NCBI GenBank assembly: GCA_965197905.1
Contig: CBDAOB010000003.1
Location: forward strand, 192,001 to 256,000
Reading direction: 5' to 3'
DNA length: 64,000 nt
Source: Candidatus Latescibacterota bacterium
GTDB lineage: Bacteria > Latescibacterota > UBA2968 > UBA8231
In this document: one piece after another, positions 17,873-28,022 of the stretch
Layout: every line of letters begins with the position of its first letter
Position numbering within the stretch: the stretch's first letter is position 1
The notes under the pieces: model-generated
Seen by the model: only the letters and a program-made list of their open reading frames with translations
Database searches by the model: none
Told to the model about the DNA's origin: nothing
Program-made: the position numbers and the translations under genes

Positions 17873-18886
17873 ATGAGAAAGATCATCATCAACCTGAACC
17901 AGACAACTCGGGAAAGATCTTTTCTCGATGAAGATTTCGAGCGCCTGAAAAAACTCGGCGAGCTTCTATGGCATGAAACAGAAGATTACGATGATCCATC
18001 CTTACGCAATGATCTCAGATCGGCAGATGCCATGTTGATGGGTCGTGGCAGTTGGATATTGAAAGAAGATTTTTGGGAACCGCGTGAATCACCCATGCTC
18101 ATCGCCCATGCGGGGGGCGCAATGCATGGAGTTGCATCGAAATCCCTGCTGCAAAAGGGCGTCCGAGTCTCCTCCGCAACGGCCGCAATCGCCGTATCGG
18201 TGGCTGAACTTGCGGTGGGAATGATCATTCTAGCCTTGCGCCAGTCGGTTGCCAGATCCACAGCGTATGCAAACGGAGAGCCCTATCGGTCATTGAGAAG
18301 CCAGGGCTGGCGCGGTTGGGAATGTCACGATTTGACCACCCGCACAGTGGGCCTGATTGGTCTTTCTCAAGTGGGCAAACGCATGCCGCCCCTTCTAAAA
18401 CCGTTTGGTTGTGGGATGGTCGCTTACGACCCGTATTGGGAGGCGGCGGAGGCGAGAGCACTCGGCGTCGATTTGATCGAGAGCCTCGATGCACTGCTCG
18501 TCCAGAGCGATGTGGTTTCTCTGCATACTCCGGTCACGGAGGAAACCGAAGGTCTCATTGACGCCCGTCGGGTCGGGTTGCTCAGAAAGGGAGCAGTATT
18601 CGTGAACACCGCGCGTTCTGCCTGCACGGACCAGGATGCCCTCTTCGGTCGGGCGTTTAGAGACGAAATCCAGGTCTACACGGATGTTACGACTCCGGAA
18701 CCGCTACCGCCGAACCATGATGTCTGGCAGTGTCCGAATATCTTCATTACGCCGCATGTAGCGGGTCCGACCGAGGAGACGCGGAGAAGGGAAGGCCTGT
18801 TTGCTGTCGAAGAGATCGAGCGATATCTCACCGATCAACCGCTGCTCGGCGAGGTGACGTTGGACCGGTATGATATTGTTGCCTGA
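17873..18886 (+). CDS. D-isomer-specific 2-hydroxyacid dehydrogenase
   Basis: VGLIGLSQVG, SLHTP, VNTAR, DVT.PEP, TPHVAG. Confidence 0.9.
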   Translation: MRKIIINLNQTTRERSFLDEDFERLKKLGELLWHETEDYDDPSLRNDLRSADAMLMGRGSWILKEDFWEPRESPMLIAHAGGAMHGVASKSLLQKGVRVSSATAAIAVSVAELAVGMIILALRQSVARSTAYANGEPYRSLRSQGWRGWECHDLTTRTVGLIGLSQVGKRMPPLLKPFGCGMVAYDPYWEAAEARALGVDLIESLDALLVQSDVVSLHTPVTEETEGLIDARRVGLLRKGAVFVNTARSACTDQDALFGRAFRDEIQVYTDVTTPEPLPPNHDVWQCPNIFITPHVAGPTEETRRREGLFAVEEIERYLTDQPLLGEVTLDRYDIVA

Positions 18887-19085
18887 GCTGATAGAAGACG
18901 TTCAGTCTGGGCCGCGGCTATCGACGCGCTGACTTTGCTCAAGAGTCGCACCGTTACCTCACCTTCACACGGGCGTGTGTTTGATGTCGCACGCCCCAAT
19001 CACTCGCGTATCGTCTCGAGGGGTCTGGTTGGCATGAACCTTGCAAACAGTAGCCCTTGCCACCCACTGTGGTTACTATTTACTC

Positions 19086-19313
19086 ATGTCTGAAGAGCTC
19101 ACCACCCGCGACGTCTTTCAACAGGTCGATGCCCGCCTCACGCGGGTGGAGGATGACCTGCGCCAGTTCCGCTTGGAAACCAGATCCGGTTTCGACCAAA
19201 TGTACTCCCATTCCAACCGAATGAACTCCCGTTTCGACCAACTGCAGTGGCGGGTAACGGGTCTTTTCGTCCTCACCTGGGTTACAGTCATCGGATCCGT
19301 CTGGTTGAAATGA
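19086..19313 (+). CDS. small coiled-coil protein with C-terminal TM helix (DUF1640/Bdr-like architecture), copy 1
   Basis: 75 aa, heptad repeats, hydrophobic C-terminus; paralogue adjacent. Confidence 0.75.
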   Translation: MSEELTTRDVFQQVDARLTRVEDDLRQFRLETRSGFDQMYSHSNRMNSRFDQLQWRVTGLFVLTWVTVIGSVWLK

Positions 19314-19316
19314 GCT

Positions 19317-19586
19317 ATGCCTGAAGAGCTCACCACCCGCGACGTCTTTCAACAGGTCGATGCCCGTCTCACAAGGGTAGAGGACGACCTGCGGCAACTC
19401 CGGTTGGAAACCAGATCCGGCTTCGACCACACCGCACGAATCGACCAAACGAACTCCCGTTTCGACCAGATCGATGCACGAATCGACCTAATGAACTCCC
19501 GCTTCGACCAGCTCCAGTGGCGGGTAACGGGTCTTTTCGTCCTCACCTGGGTGACGGTCATCGGATCGATTTGGCTGAAACCCTGA
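19317..19586 (+). CDS. small coiled-coil protein with C-terminal TM helix, copy 2
   Basis: 89 aa; near-identical to copy 1 with additional heptads. Confidence 0.8.
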   Translation: MPEELTTRDVFQQVDARLTRVEDDLRQLRLETRSGFDHTARIDQTNSRFDQIDARIDLMNSRFDQLQWRVTGLFVLTWVTVIGSIWLKP

Positions 19587-19627
19587 CCTGAAACAAGGTT
19601 TCGACGTCGTCTATCCCTCGGGCGTTT

Positions 19628-20343
19628 CTAAATGCCGCTTTCCTCAATGAGCCGACCAACGATTCTCACCGCACCCTCCATGCACTCCTGCCGTATTCGC
19701 TGGTCGCGTCGCGTGGATCCTCGCCGGCCAGCCCCTGGGGCCACACATTGCGATCGGAAGGCAACTGGCTCAGGTCGGTCAGATCCTCGCGGTAATGCAG
19801 CACCAGTGAGGTCTCGTTGCGGGAAGCGTGATCTACCTGGCTTTTCCATTCCGAAACCACCTCTTCAGTAACTCCAGCCAGCTTTAATCCAAAGCGCGTT
19901 TCCCGTTCGGGGATCGCCTCGCACCAGGCCTCGCGGCTGGGTCCGTGGCCGTCGGCGAAGACCATCTTGAAGCCAGCGCGCTTGAGCTGCTCCAGGATCG
20001 CATCAATCACTGTTCCGAAGAATCCGTCAGAGACCCAGTAGCAACTCCCTTCCAATTTCCGATGCGGATCGGTGCTGTCGTGGTAGTCCATGCCGTAGAG
20101 CACCTCGCCCCCGCCGCGATCCCATGCCCGATCCGGTCCCAGGTGAATGGGTGGCATGACGATGCCCCCGAAACGCCGGGCGCACTCGAGCATCAGTCCT
20201 TCGCTCTGGATGGCATCGGAACCGAGAGGCAGGTGCTCCCCGTGCCATTCGAGGGTGCCCAGCGGCAGGTAGGCTACGGGTTTTGCCGCCAGCCGTTGGC
20301 GAAACTCACGAGGCAGCAGGTCCGAGTATTTTACGTTCTCCAT
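19628..20343 (-). CDS. creatininase family protein (frameshift near the C-terminus)
   Basis: PLGTLEWHGEHLPLGSD, DGHG, DHA..ETS. The natural tail ECMEGAVRIVG.. is in the next frame after ~19690. Confidence 0.85.
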
Positions 20344-20367
20344 CTTGGCGACGTCTTTCCGCGGTCG

Positions 20368-21303
20368 CTAGGCAGCCGCCGCCACCGCCTGCTCCGCCAG
20401 CACCAGCGCCTTTTGGTAATTGATCCGCAGGCCGTCCGCAGGCGTCCCGCCCGGCGGCTCGTAGTGAGAGGCTGCCGCGATGACGACGTCGGTTTGGTCG
20501 CGGGCGAACGAGCGGAAGAGCGCGGCGTAGTCGGGATCGCCGGTGCCGAGCTCGCACCACTCGAACTTGCACGACGGACCATCTATGGTGCGGGTGTCCT
20601 TCAGGTGCAGGCTGGTCAGATAAGGCTTCAGGTTTTCGAATCCGGTCGTCACGGTATCGAGCTCGCCTGAGAGCATCGCATCTCCCGGACACCACTTGGC
20701 TTTGAAACGGGTCGAGTCAATCTGCTCGACAATCTCGAGGTAATGACGGCTCGTGTTCACATACTCCCACGGGTGGACACTGAGCAAGACGTCGAGGTCG
20801 TGCTCGTTGGCGAGATCTGCGACCCAGCGAAAAGCCTGGACGATCTTCTCCAGCTCTGCCGGCGGAATGATGCCGCCCTCCGCTGCGTAGCGTTTCGACC
20901 AGGTGGGACTGGGACGTTTCCCCGTACGAAACTCGCCCGGCCAGGCAAATCCGGAGCACTGCACCTGGGGCGCTCCGACGATCTTCGCAAACGCCATGCT
21001 GCGGCGAATGTTGTCCAGGTCACGTTTGAATTCGGGGAAAGTGCGAAGATCGGCGAGTTCGACCTCGTCTATGTGAAGTTTCTTGAACGGGTTGGGGGGA
21101 GAGCACCCGACTGCGTGGGTCTGCAGTCCGGCATCGTCCAGAATGCGCTTGCGGTAATCTGCGTGTTCATCGGTGAGCTTCTCCTCAGGCACCGAATATT
21201 CCACATAAGGCGCACCGAGTTCGTGGGCAATACCTACCGCCTCCTCGAAGGGCAGGGCTGTGTCGGCGAGGAGGACGCCCATCTTGAATTCGTAGTCGCT
21301 CAT
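20368..21303 (-). CDS. sugar phosphate isomerase/epimerase (AP endonuclease 2 TIM barrel)
   Basis: LHLKD and LGTGDPDY motifs. Confidence 0.75.
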   Translation of the reverse strand: MSDYEFKMGVLLADTALPFEEAVGIAHELGAPYVEYSVPEEKLTDEHADYRKRILDDAGLQTHAVGCSPPNPFKKLHIDEVELADLRTFPEFKRDLDNIRRSMAFAKIVGAPQVQCSGFAWPGEFRTGKRPSPTWSKRYAAEGGIIPPAELEKIVQAFRWVADLANEHDLDVLLSVHPWEYVNTSRHYLEIVEQIDSTRFKAKWCPGDAMLSGELDTVTTGFENLKPYLTSLHLKDTRTIDGPSCKFEWCELGTGDPDYAALFRSFARDQTDVVIAAASHYEPPGGTPADGLRINYQKALVLAEQAVAAAA

Positions 21304-21348
21304 CGGCTGCTCGAAGGAGTTTCTCTCTCTTCTTAAGAAGCGGCTGGC

Positions 21349-22387
21349 TTACGGCGGAGAAACGTCCAGCTCGCGCCCGACCTCGAGAATAGCATTCCAG
21401 GTAGCGTCTTCGACATAGATTCCTTCAACCTCTCGCTGTTTACGGGTTTCGTTTTCGATTTCGCCAGGATAGTAGATCTTGTCGAAGCCGGGCATTTTGG
21501 GTGAAGACTTCACCCAGTCGATGAGGATGCCGACTTCCTTCTTGTATTTCTCGAGGTCGATGAAGGATTCGATCTTGATGGCCATGGCCATGTAACCACT
21601 GCCACCGCGGGTGGGCTGCGCGGCACTGCATCCTGCCCAGGAAAGGCCGCCGGCAATGGCATCGATCATCATCGCCAGACCGAAGCCCTTGTGGCCAAAC
21701 AGGGGGCTGCCGAGGGGAAGTACCGCGGCTTTCTCGTCCACCCACAGCCGGGGATCGGTGGTCGGGTTGCCCTGTTCGTCTACCATCCAGCCATCGGGGA
21801 CTTGCTGATCTCGAGCGTTCAAGACCAGGATCTTGCCGCCTGCGACCATGCTCGTAGTCATGTCGAGGGTCATTGGAGGGCCATCGGGTGTGGGTGCGCT
21901 GAAGGCTATGGGATTGGGAGGAAGTCGGCGCCCGGTGCCTCCAAAGGGGGCGACCCAACGGCTGCCGCCGTTGAGCATGAGAAATCCAAGACATCCCTGC
22001 TCTGCGGCCAGCGGGGGAAAGTCTCCGAGCCGGCCAATGTGGCTGGTGTGGTGGACGGCCACGGCGCCAAACGTATGTTGCTGGGCGCGGTCAACGGCCC
22101 ACTGCATGGCCTGATTGCAGAGCACGATACCGAAGCTGTTGTTGGCATCGATGGTCAGAGAAGCAGGTTTCACGAACTACCTTGTGATTGCCCGCGGGTT
22201 TTATACTTCCCGAGCGTACTTCGCGTGCGTAGGCCGGTATTCGGAGGATGCCGTGAGAATCGTGTCCTGTAAGGTTGGCATCCACGAGGTGGTCCATCGC
22301 GATTCGGGCTTGGTCTTCCGGAAGTCCGGCGGCTTGAAAAAGGGCATACCCGAAGGGGCGGAGAGTCGCGTGTTGAAGGATGGGCAT
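21349..22387 (-). pseudogene. Ldh_2 family (malate/L-lactate/ureidoglycolate dehydrogenase-like), frameshifted
   Basis: GHDSHG in frame 22091..22387; SHIGRLG, NPIAF and GHKGFGL in frame 21349..22173; junction at ~22167. Confidence 0.85.
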
Positions 22388-22523
22388 AGTCGATCTTCCT
22401 TACTCCCTCTGATGGTCACGAAACACAGCTACTACATCTTCGCCGTCAAGACGCCCGCCCACCTGCCCTTGACACCGATGCATCCAGGCCAAAAGATCTA
22501 CGCGTCTCAAAAGGAAGCCCTAT

Positions 22524-23897
22524 ATGCGAACCACACCGATTCCCCAACCGTTTCTCAACTGGATGGGCGTCTGGCCCGGCCAGGCGGGCAGTGACGCCGG
22601 CCGCGCCTTTCTCCAGGATCCTCCCCGGGGTATTCGCCTGCGCTTGCAACAGGCGCGCACGTCGGAGGTCATCCTGCGGCCGCCAAGACCGTGGGACCGG
22701 AGCATCCTGAGCCACCTGACGATCCTGCTCGAAGACGGTCGCTACCGAATGTGGTATTTCGAGAAGAGACCACCGGAAAACCCCACCCGCTACGCCGAAA
22801 GCAACGACGGCTACAACTGGGAATTCCCCGAGCTTGGCTTCTACGAGCTCGACGGATCGACGGCGAACAACGCGCTCTTCGGAAGCGACTATTTCATGAT
22901 TCATTCCCTCTTCCGCGATCCCACCGCGGAACCGGCTGAGCGTTACAAAGCGATCGAGCGCCAGAAGGGGGAGGAGATCCTCTTCGGCGCCGTCTCTCCC
23001 GACGGGTTGCGCTGGACACGGAGAGAGGAACCATTGCTGGTGGTCGGCAAACCGCTCGATACCCAGAACATCGCTGCCTATGACGAAGACACCGGTGAGT
23101 ATCTGGCTTTTCTGCGTGGCGGCTATGAAAGGCGGCGTTCGGTGACCCGAACGGGAGGCCCGGCGTTTGGCAATTGGCACGCGCCACGGTACGTGATGAC
23201 CATCGATGGGCAGGACGCGGTGGACGAGGATCTCTACACCAATTGCTATTGCCGATCTCCCGGAAGCCGGCGTCACTTGATGTTTCCCACCATCTATCAC
23301 CGGCTTTCGTCGACGTTGGATGTGCAGCTGGCCACCAGCATCGACGGCTGGCTCTGGGAGCGGCCGGTGCGCCAACCGATCATCACGCGAGAGGCCGGCG
23401 ATGAGGAATACGGCGCCATCTACGCCTGCCCGAATTTGGTGCCGGTGGGAAACGACTGGGGGGTGATGTGTCATGCGGTGTATCAGCGACATGACGGGGG
23501 TGGTCGTCATCTCTCCGCCGAGGAGCGGCCGAAATCGGAGTACCGCTGGGCGTTGTGGGAGCCGGATCGCCTGATGGCGGTGGAGGCGCCGGATGAAGGT
23601 GGGTTCACGACAACGGAGCGGGAATGTGCCGGTGTCGACCTGCGCCTCAACTACCGGACCCGGATCGGGGGTTGGATGCGCGCTGCCCTGGTGGAGAAAC
23701 CGCGAACGGGAGGGGGTCGTTTGCCGCCGGCGGAGCTGGAGGGTTTTGGCACGGCGGACTGCGATGTTCTGGAGGGGGACGAGCTTTCGAGGGTGGTGAG
23801 CTGGAAGGGAAGAAGCGATCTGTCGAAGTTTGCGGGTCGTGAGCTTTGTGTGCGGTTTACGATGGCGCGGGCAGAGCTGTTTTCGGTGGCGGTCTGA
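22524..23897 (+). CDS. beta-propeller glycoside hydrolase-like hypothetical protein
   Basis: Asp-box-like YAESNDGYNW, SPDGLRW and TSIDGWLW; DTQN; YRMWY. Confidence 0.7.
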   Translation: MRTTPIPQPFLNWMGVWPGQAGSDAGRAFLQDPPRGIRLRLQQARTSEVILRPPRPWDRSILSHLTILLEDGRYRMWYFEKRPPENPTRYAESNDGYNWEFPELGFYELDGSTANNALFGSDYFMIHSLFRDPTAEPAERYKAIERQKGEEILFGAVSPDGLRWTRREEPLLVVGKPLDTQNIAAYDEDTGEYLAFLRGGYERRRSVTRTGGPAFGNWHAPRYVMTIDGQDAVDEDLYTNCYCRSPGSRRHLMFPTIYHRLSSTLDVQLATSIDGWLWERPVRQPIITREAGDEEYGAIYACPNLVPVGNDWGVMCHAVYQRHDGGGRHLSAEERPKSEYRWALWEPDRLMAVEAPDEGGFTTTERECAGVDLRLNYRTRIGGWMRAALVEKPRTGGGRLPPAELEGFGTADCDVLEGDELSRVVSWKGRSDLSKFAGRELCVRFTMARAELFSVAV

Positions 23898-23909
23898 AAC
23901 GAAGCTACA

Positions 23910-24779
23910 ATGGAGATCCAAATGCAAATCAGCTACGGTACGGTGGGGTTCAGGAACCGCACTCTCGAAGCGGCACTTACGGCCGCGGCTGCGGCCGGGT
24001 ACACTCACGTGGAGATCTCCAGCGATGAGCACCTCGGTACGACGATTCCGACAGGTCCGGAGTTGGAGCGGTCGCGCAAGCACCTGCGCCAATGTGGGCT
24101 GTCGGTCGGTACGGTGCACGGTCCCATGCGGGAAAACGTGCTGGGTGCTCCGGACGAGGAGTGGCGCACCGAAAAGGTCGGCGTGTTGGGCAACTATCTG
24201 CGTCTTTCCGGCGAACTTGGCGCCGCCGGCATGGTCATTCACCCGGTGCCCAATCCGAGCTTCGTCGAGAACGAGGGACGTCCCGAACTCACGCAGATAA
24301 TGACCGATGCAACCCGCCGCTCACTCGATGAACTGGTGCCGGTCGCAAACACGACAGGGGTGCGGATGTTGCTGGAAAATCTCCCTTATCACTGCCACTA
24401 CCCGTTTTTGACGATGACCGAACTGCGAGCTCTCGTGGAGCCGTATCCCGAAGCGGCAGTAGGGCTCGTAATCGATACCGGGCATGCCTGGACGAAAGGC
24501 AATGATCCAGTGGCAGAGATCCTCACCGCCGGCGAGCGACTGTGGGGAACACACCTGCAGGATGTCGATGGCGAGGATCCGCAGGACAATCACTGGGCCC
24601 CGACCCAGGGCGATCTTGACTGGAAGGCGATCCGACAGGCACTCCTGGATGTCAGCTACCGCGGCTTCTGGACCTTCGAGGTGATCACTCCGTGCCGCGG
24701 CGAGTCGGACGAGGAACTTGCACAGCTCACCTACGACGTCGCCAGTAAGCTCGCCCTGTATGCACCCCCGGACCCTTGA
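23910..24779 (+). CDS. sugar phosphate isomerase/epimerase family protein
   Basis: LLEN, DTGH, THLQD, DNHW.P.QG, TFE. Confidence 0.88.
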   Translation: MEIQMQISYGTVGFRNRTLEAALTAAAAAGYTHVEISSDEHLGTTIPTGPELERSRKHLRQCGLSVGTVHGPMRENVLGAPDEEWRTEKVGVLGNYLRLSGELGAAGMVIHPVPNPSFVENEGRPELTQIMTDATRRSLDELVPVANTTGVRMLLENLPYHCHYPFLTMTELRALVEPYPEAAVGLVIDTGHAWTKGNDPVAEILTAGERLWGTHLQDVDGEDPQDNHWAPTQGDLDWKAIRQALLDVSYRGFWTFEVITPCRGESDEELAQLTYDVASKLALYAPPDP

Positions 24780-24852
24780 TTCGGCATGTGAACCCTGGCC
24801 GCGACCGCGGCGCACGCCCGCCAGCCGGCCCGCATCATGAGGAACGCAAAAA

Positions 24853-25818
24853 GTGACTCCCACAGCTGAGGAACAGCTTGAGATGCTGCGCTCGATGCAG
24901 ACGATCCGTCGCTTCGAGGAGCGCGCGTCCGATGACTATCGGTCAGGCGCCATTTTTGGCGTTGTCCATTGCTACATCGGCGAAGAAGCCGTCGCCGTGG
25001 GTGTGTGCACTGCCCTGAACGAGGACGATCAGATTATCAGCACCCACCGCGGTCATGGTCACTGCATTGCCAAGGGCGCTGATTTGAAGAGGATGATGGC
25101 CGAGCTCTACGGCAAACGAACCGGTTATTGCAAAGGCAAAGGGGGCTCCATGCACATCGCCGATTTCAGCATCGGCATGCTGGGGGCGAACGGCATCGTC
25201 GCCGGTGGCATTCCCATCGTAACCGGTGCTGCTCTGGCGGCCCAACTCGAAGGCAAGGGGCGTGTTGCGGTATCCTTCTTTGGGGACGGGGCTTCGAACG
25301 CAGGACCCTTCCACGAGTCGATCAACATCGCCGCGAGGTGGAAGCTTCCGATGCTTTACGTCTGCGAGAACAACCTCTGGGCCTCCAATACCCCCGCCGC
25401 AGCCACCCTCGCCCTTGGCGACGTGGCGGCGCGAGCGGCCGGCTACGGCATCCCGGGGGAGGTCGTGGACGGGAACGATGTACTGGCCATCTATGAAGTC
25501 GCCACGGCCGCGGTAAACCGGGCGCGAGCCGGTGAAGGCCCCACCCTCATCGAATGCAAGACCTACCGTTTGCGCATGCATACCGAAAGACCAGGACAAG
25601 CGGATCGACGTCCGCAAGAAGAGATCGAAACGTGGCTGCAGAAGGAACCGATCAAACGCCTTGCCGACGATCTAATGGCGCAAGGGATTCTGAACGAGGA
25701 AGGGTGGCAAGAGATCGATGGCGAAATCCTTGCCGCGATCGCAGGCGCGGTCGAATTTGCCGAGGACAGCCCGTTTCCCGACCCGGAAACGGCTTTAGAA
25801 GACGTATTTGCAGATTGA
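24853..25818 (+). CDS. TPP-dependent dehydrogenase E1 alpha (acetoin/pyruvate DH-like)
   Basis: STHRGHGH, GKGGSMH, GDGA..CENN, KTYR. Confidence 0.93.
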   Translation: MTPTAEEQLEMLRSMQTIRRFEERASDDYRSGAIFGVVHCYIGEEAVAVGVCTALNEDDQIISTHRGHGHCIAKGADLKRMMAELYGKRTGYCKGKGGSMHIADFSIGMLGANGIVAGGIPIVTGAALAAQLEGKGRVAVSFFGDGASNAGPFHESINIAARWKLPMLYVCENNLWASNTPAAATLALGDVAARAAGYGIPGEVVDGNDVLAIYEVATAAVNRARAGEGPTLIECKTYRLRMHTERPGQADRRPQEEIETWLQKEPIKRLADDLMAQGILNEEGWQEIDGEILAAIAGAVEFAEDSPFPDPETALEDVFAD

Positions 25819-26792
25819 TGGGCAATCCCGGCATGCGAAGAATCTCATACGCGCAAGCAGGAATGGAAGCGCTCGTCGAGGAAATGAGACGCGATCCCAC
25901 GACGTTTCACCTCGCTACAGATGCTCCGACGGCTCTTGTCGATGAGTTCGGCCCCGAGCGGGTGCGTGCCACGCCCATCGCCGAAGGCGCTTTCACCGGC
26001 CTCGCCATTGGCGCCGCGGGGTCGGGCTATAGACCGATCGTCAACTGGAGCATGGTAACGTTTTCCTTCGTTGCCATGGACCAGATCGTGAACCAGGCGT
26101 CAAAAATCCATTACATGTTTGGCGGCCAGGCGAAGTTTCCCATCGCATTTCGCACTTCCGTCGGCGGCGGTACGCAGCTTGCCGCGCAACACTCCCAGAG
26201 TCCTTACTCGATGTTCATGAACCTGGCGGGACTGAAGATGGTGTTGCCTTCAACGCCCTACGACATGAAGGGGCTGCTCAAGTCGGTGATCCGCGACGAC
26301 AACCCTGTCATCTCGTTCGAGTCCTCTCGGCTCATGAGCCTAGAAGGCGAGGTGCCCGAAGAAGACTACACCGTACCATTGGGCAAGGCCGACATAAAAC
26401 GCGAGGGCAGCGATGTCACGGTGGTTGCCCTCGCCTGGCTCGTGCACGAGGCGCTCGCCGCCGCCGAGATCCTCGAGCGCGAGGGCGTTTCCGTCGAAGT
26501 GATCGATCCGCGCACACTCGTCCCCCTCGATCACGCTGCCATTCGTGCCTCCGTACGAAAAACCGGCCGGCTCGTCATTGCCGACGAAGCCTGTCCGACC
26601 GCCGGCGCGTCGGCCGAGATTAGCGCTGTGGTCACCGAGCATCGCGAGACGTTCGCGAGCATGAAAGCGCCGGTGAAGCGCATCTGTGCCCTCCCTGTAC
26701 CGATCCCGTATAGTCCCCGTCTTGAAGACCACGTATTTCCGAACCGGGACAAAATTACCGCAGGCATAAGGGAAGCTCTGGCCGACGGTTAG
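25818..26792 (+). CDS. TPP-dependent dehydrogenase E1 beta
   Basis: TPIAE, DQIVNQA, AAQHSQS, EVIDPRTLVPLD; ATG overlaps the alpha stop. Confidence 0.92.
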   Translation: MGNPGMRRISYAQAGMEALVEEMRRDPTTFHLATDAPTALVDEFGPERVRATPIAEGAFTGLAIGAAGSGYRPIVNWSMVTFSFVAMDQIVNQASKIHYMFGGQAKFPIAFRTSVGGGTQLAAQHSQSPYSMFMNLAGLKMVLPSTPYDMKGLLKSVIRDDNPVISFESSRLMSLEGEVPEEDYTVPLGKADIKREGSDVTVVALAWLVHEALAAAEILEREGVSVEVIDPRTLVPLDHAAIRASVRKTGRLVIADEACPTAGASAEISAVVTEHRETFASMKAPVKRICALPVPIPYSPRLEDHVFPNRDKITAGIREALADG

Positions 26793-26855
26793 ACACCTGC
26801 GATGCCGACTGCCACTGAGCTCGGGACACGTCTCTATGGATAGCCGAACAGAGCA

Positions 26856-28022
26856 ATGAATTCAGGGCGCCACTTCCTGCAGATACCCGGTCCGACCAAT
26901 GTGCCGGAGCGCGTGCAGCGGGCGATGGTTCGTTCGGTCATCGATCACCGAGGTCCGGAATTCGCGCGATTGACGTTGAGAATCCTCGAGCGACTCGCTC
27001 AGGTGTTCGCGACGCAAGGACCGGTGATCGCCTACCCGTCATCAGGTACGGGGGCTTGGGAGGCGGCTCTGGTCAACACGCTGTCGCCGGGTGATTCGGT
27101 GTTGATGTTCGACACCGGTCACTTCGCTGTACAGTGGAGCAAGCTGGCGAGCCAACTCGGGCTCGCCGTGGAGCTCGCACCCGGAGACTGGGGTATCGGG
27201 GTCGATGCTGATCTGGTGGAGACGCGGCTGCGCGAGGATGCGGATCACGCGATCAAAGCGGTCGCGATGCTGCACAACGAGACATCCACCGGCGTGTTGA
27301 GCAACGTGGCGGCCGTCCGCCACGCGATGGATGCGGCGGACCACCCGGCGTTGCTGATGGTGGACGCGATCTCCTCATCGGCGGCGGTTGAGTACCGCCA
27401 CGACGAGTGGGGGGTGGACGTGACCGTGGCGGGATCGCAGAAAGGGCTGATGTTGCCTCCGGGGTTGGGGTTCAACGCCCTGAGCGCCAAAGCGCTCGCC
27501 GCGAACAAGAATGCTCGAATGCCGCGCTCCTACTGGGATTGGGCACCAATCCTTGAAGCCATTGAGCGAGGATTCTTTCCCTATACCCCAGCCACCACGT
27601 TGCTGTTTGGTCTCGACGAAGCGCTGACCATGCTGATGGAAGAGAGGTTGAGCGAGGTGTATCGGCGACACCGACGCCTCGCGGAAGCGACCCGCCGAGC
27701 CGTGGCCGGATGGGGACTCGAGCTGCTCGCCCGGCGGCGGGAGGAGTACTCGCCGACCCTGACTGCAGTACTGACACCCGAAGGACACGACGCGGATGAC
27801 TTGCGGCGGGTGATCCTCGAACGCTTCAACATGTCGCTGGGTACGGGGCTCGGGAAGCTGCAGGGCAAGGTCTTTCGCATCGGACACCTGGGGGCCTTCA
27901 ATGACCTGATGCTGGCCGGAACCCTGAGCGGTGTGGCGATGGGATTGCGGCTGGCGGGCATTCCACACGAGGAGCGGGGGCTGGAGGAAGCATTGGGCTA
28001 CCTCGCTGACAGTGATGGTTGA
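26856..28022 (+). CDS. class V PLP aminotransferase, serine/alanine-glyoxylate aminotransferase-like
   Basis: GRHFLQIPGPTN, HNETSTG, GSQKGLMLPPG, FRIGHLG. Confidence 0.92.
   Translation: MNSGRHFLQIPGPTNVPERVQRAMVRSVIDHRGPEFARLTLRILERLAQVFATQGPVIAYPSSGTGAWEAALVNTLSPGDSVLMFDTGHFAVQWSKLASQLGLAVELAPGDWGIGVDADLVETRLREDADHAIKAVAMLHNETSTGVLSNVAAVRHAMDAADHPALLMVDAISSSAAVEYRHDEWGVDVTVAGSQKGLMLPPGLGFNALSAKALAANKNARMPRSYWDWAPILEAIERGFFPYTPATTLLFGLDEALTMLMEERLSEVYRRHRRLAEATRRAVAGWGLELLARRREEYSPTLTAVLTPEGHDADDLRRVILERFNMSLGTGLGKLQGKVFRIGHLGAFNDLMLAGTLSGVAMGLRLAGIPHEERGLEEALGYLADSDG

Noticed and set aside
19086..19586. DGR template/variable repeat pair or CRISPR
   Set aside because: Differences are not adenine-specific, both copies are ORFs, and no reverse transcriptase or cas gene is in the window.
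22446..24242. 598-aa minus-strand ORF
   Set aside because: Antisense shadow of two motif-bearing + genes in GC-rich DNA; Arg/Pro-rich with no motifs.
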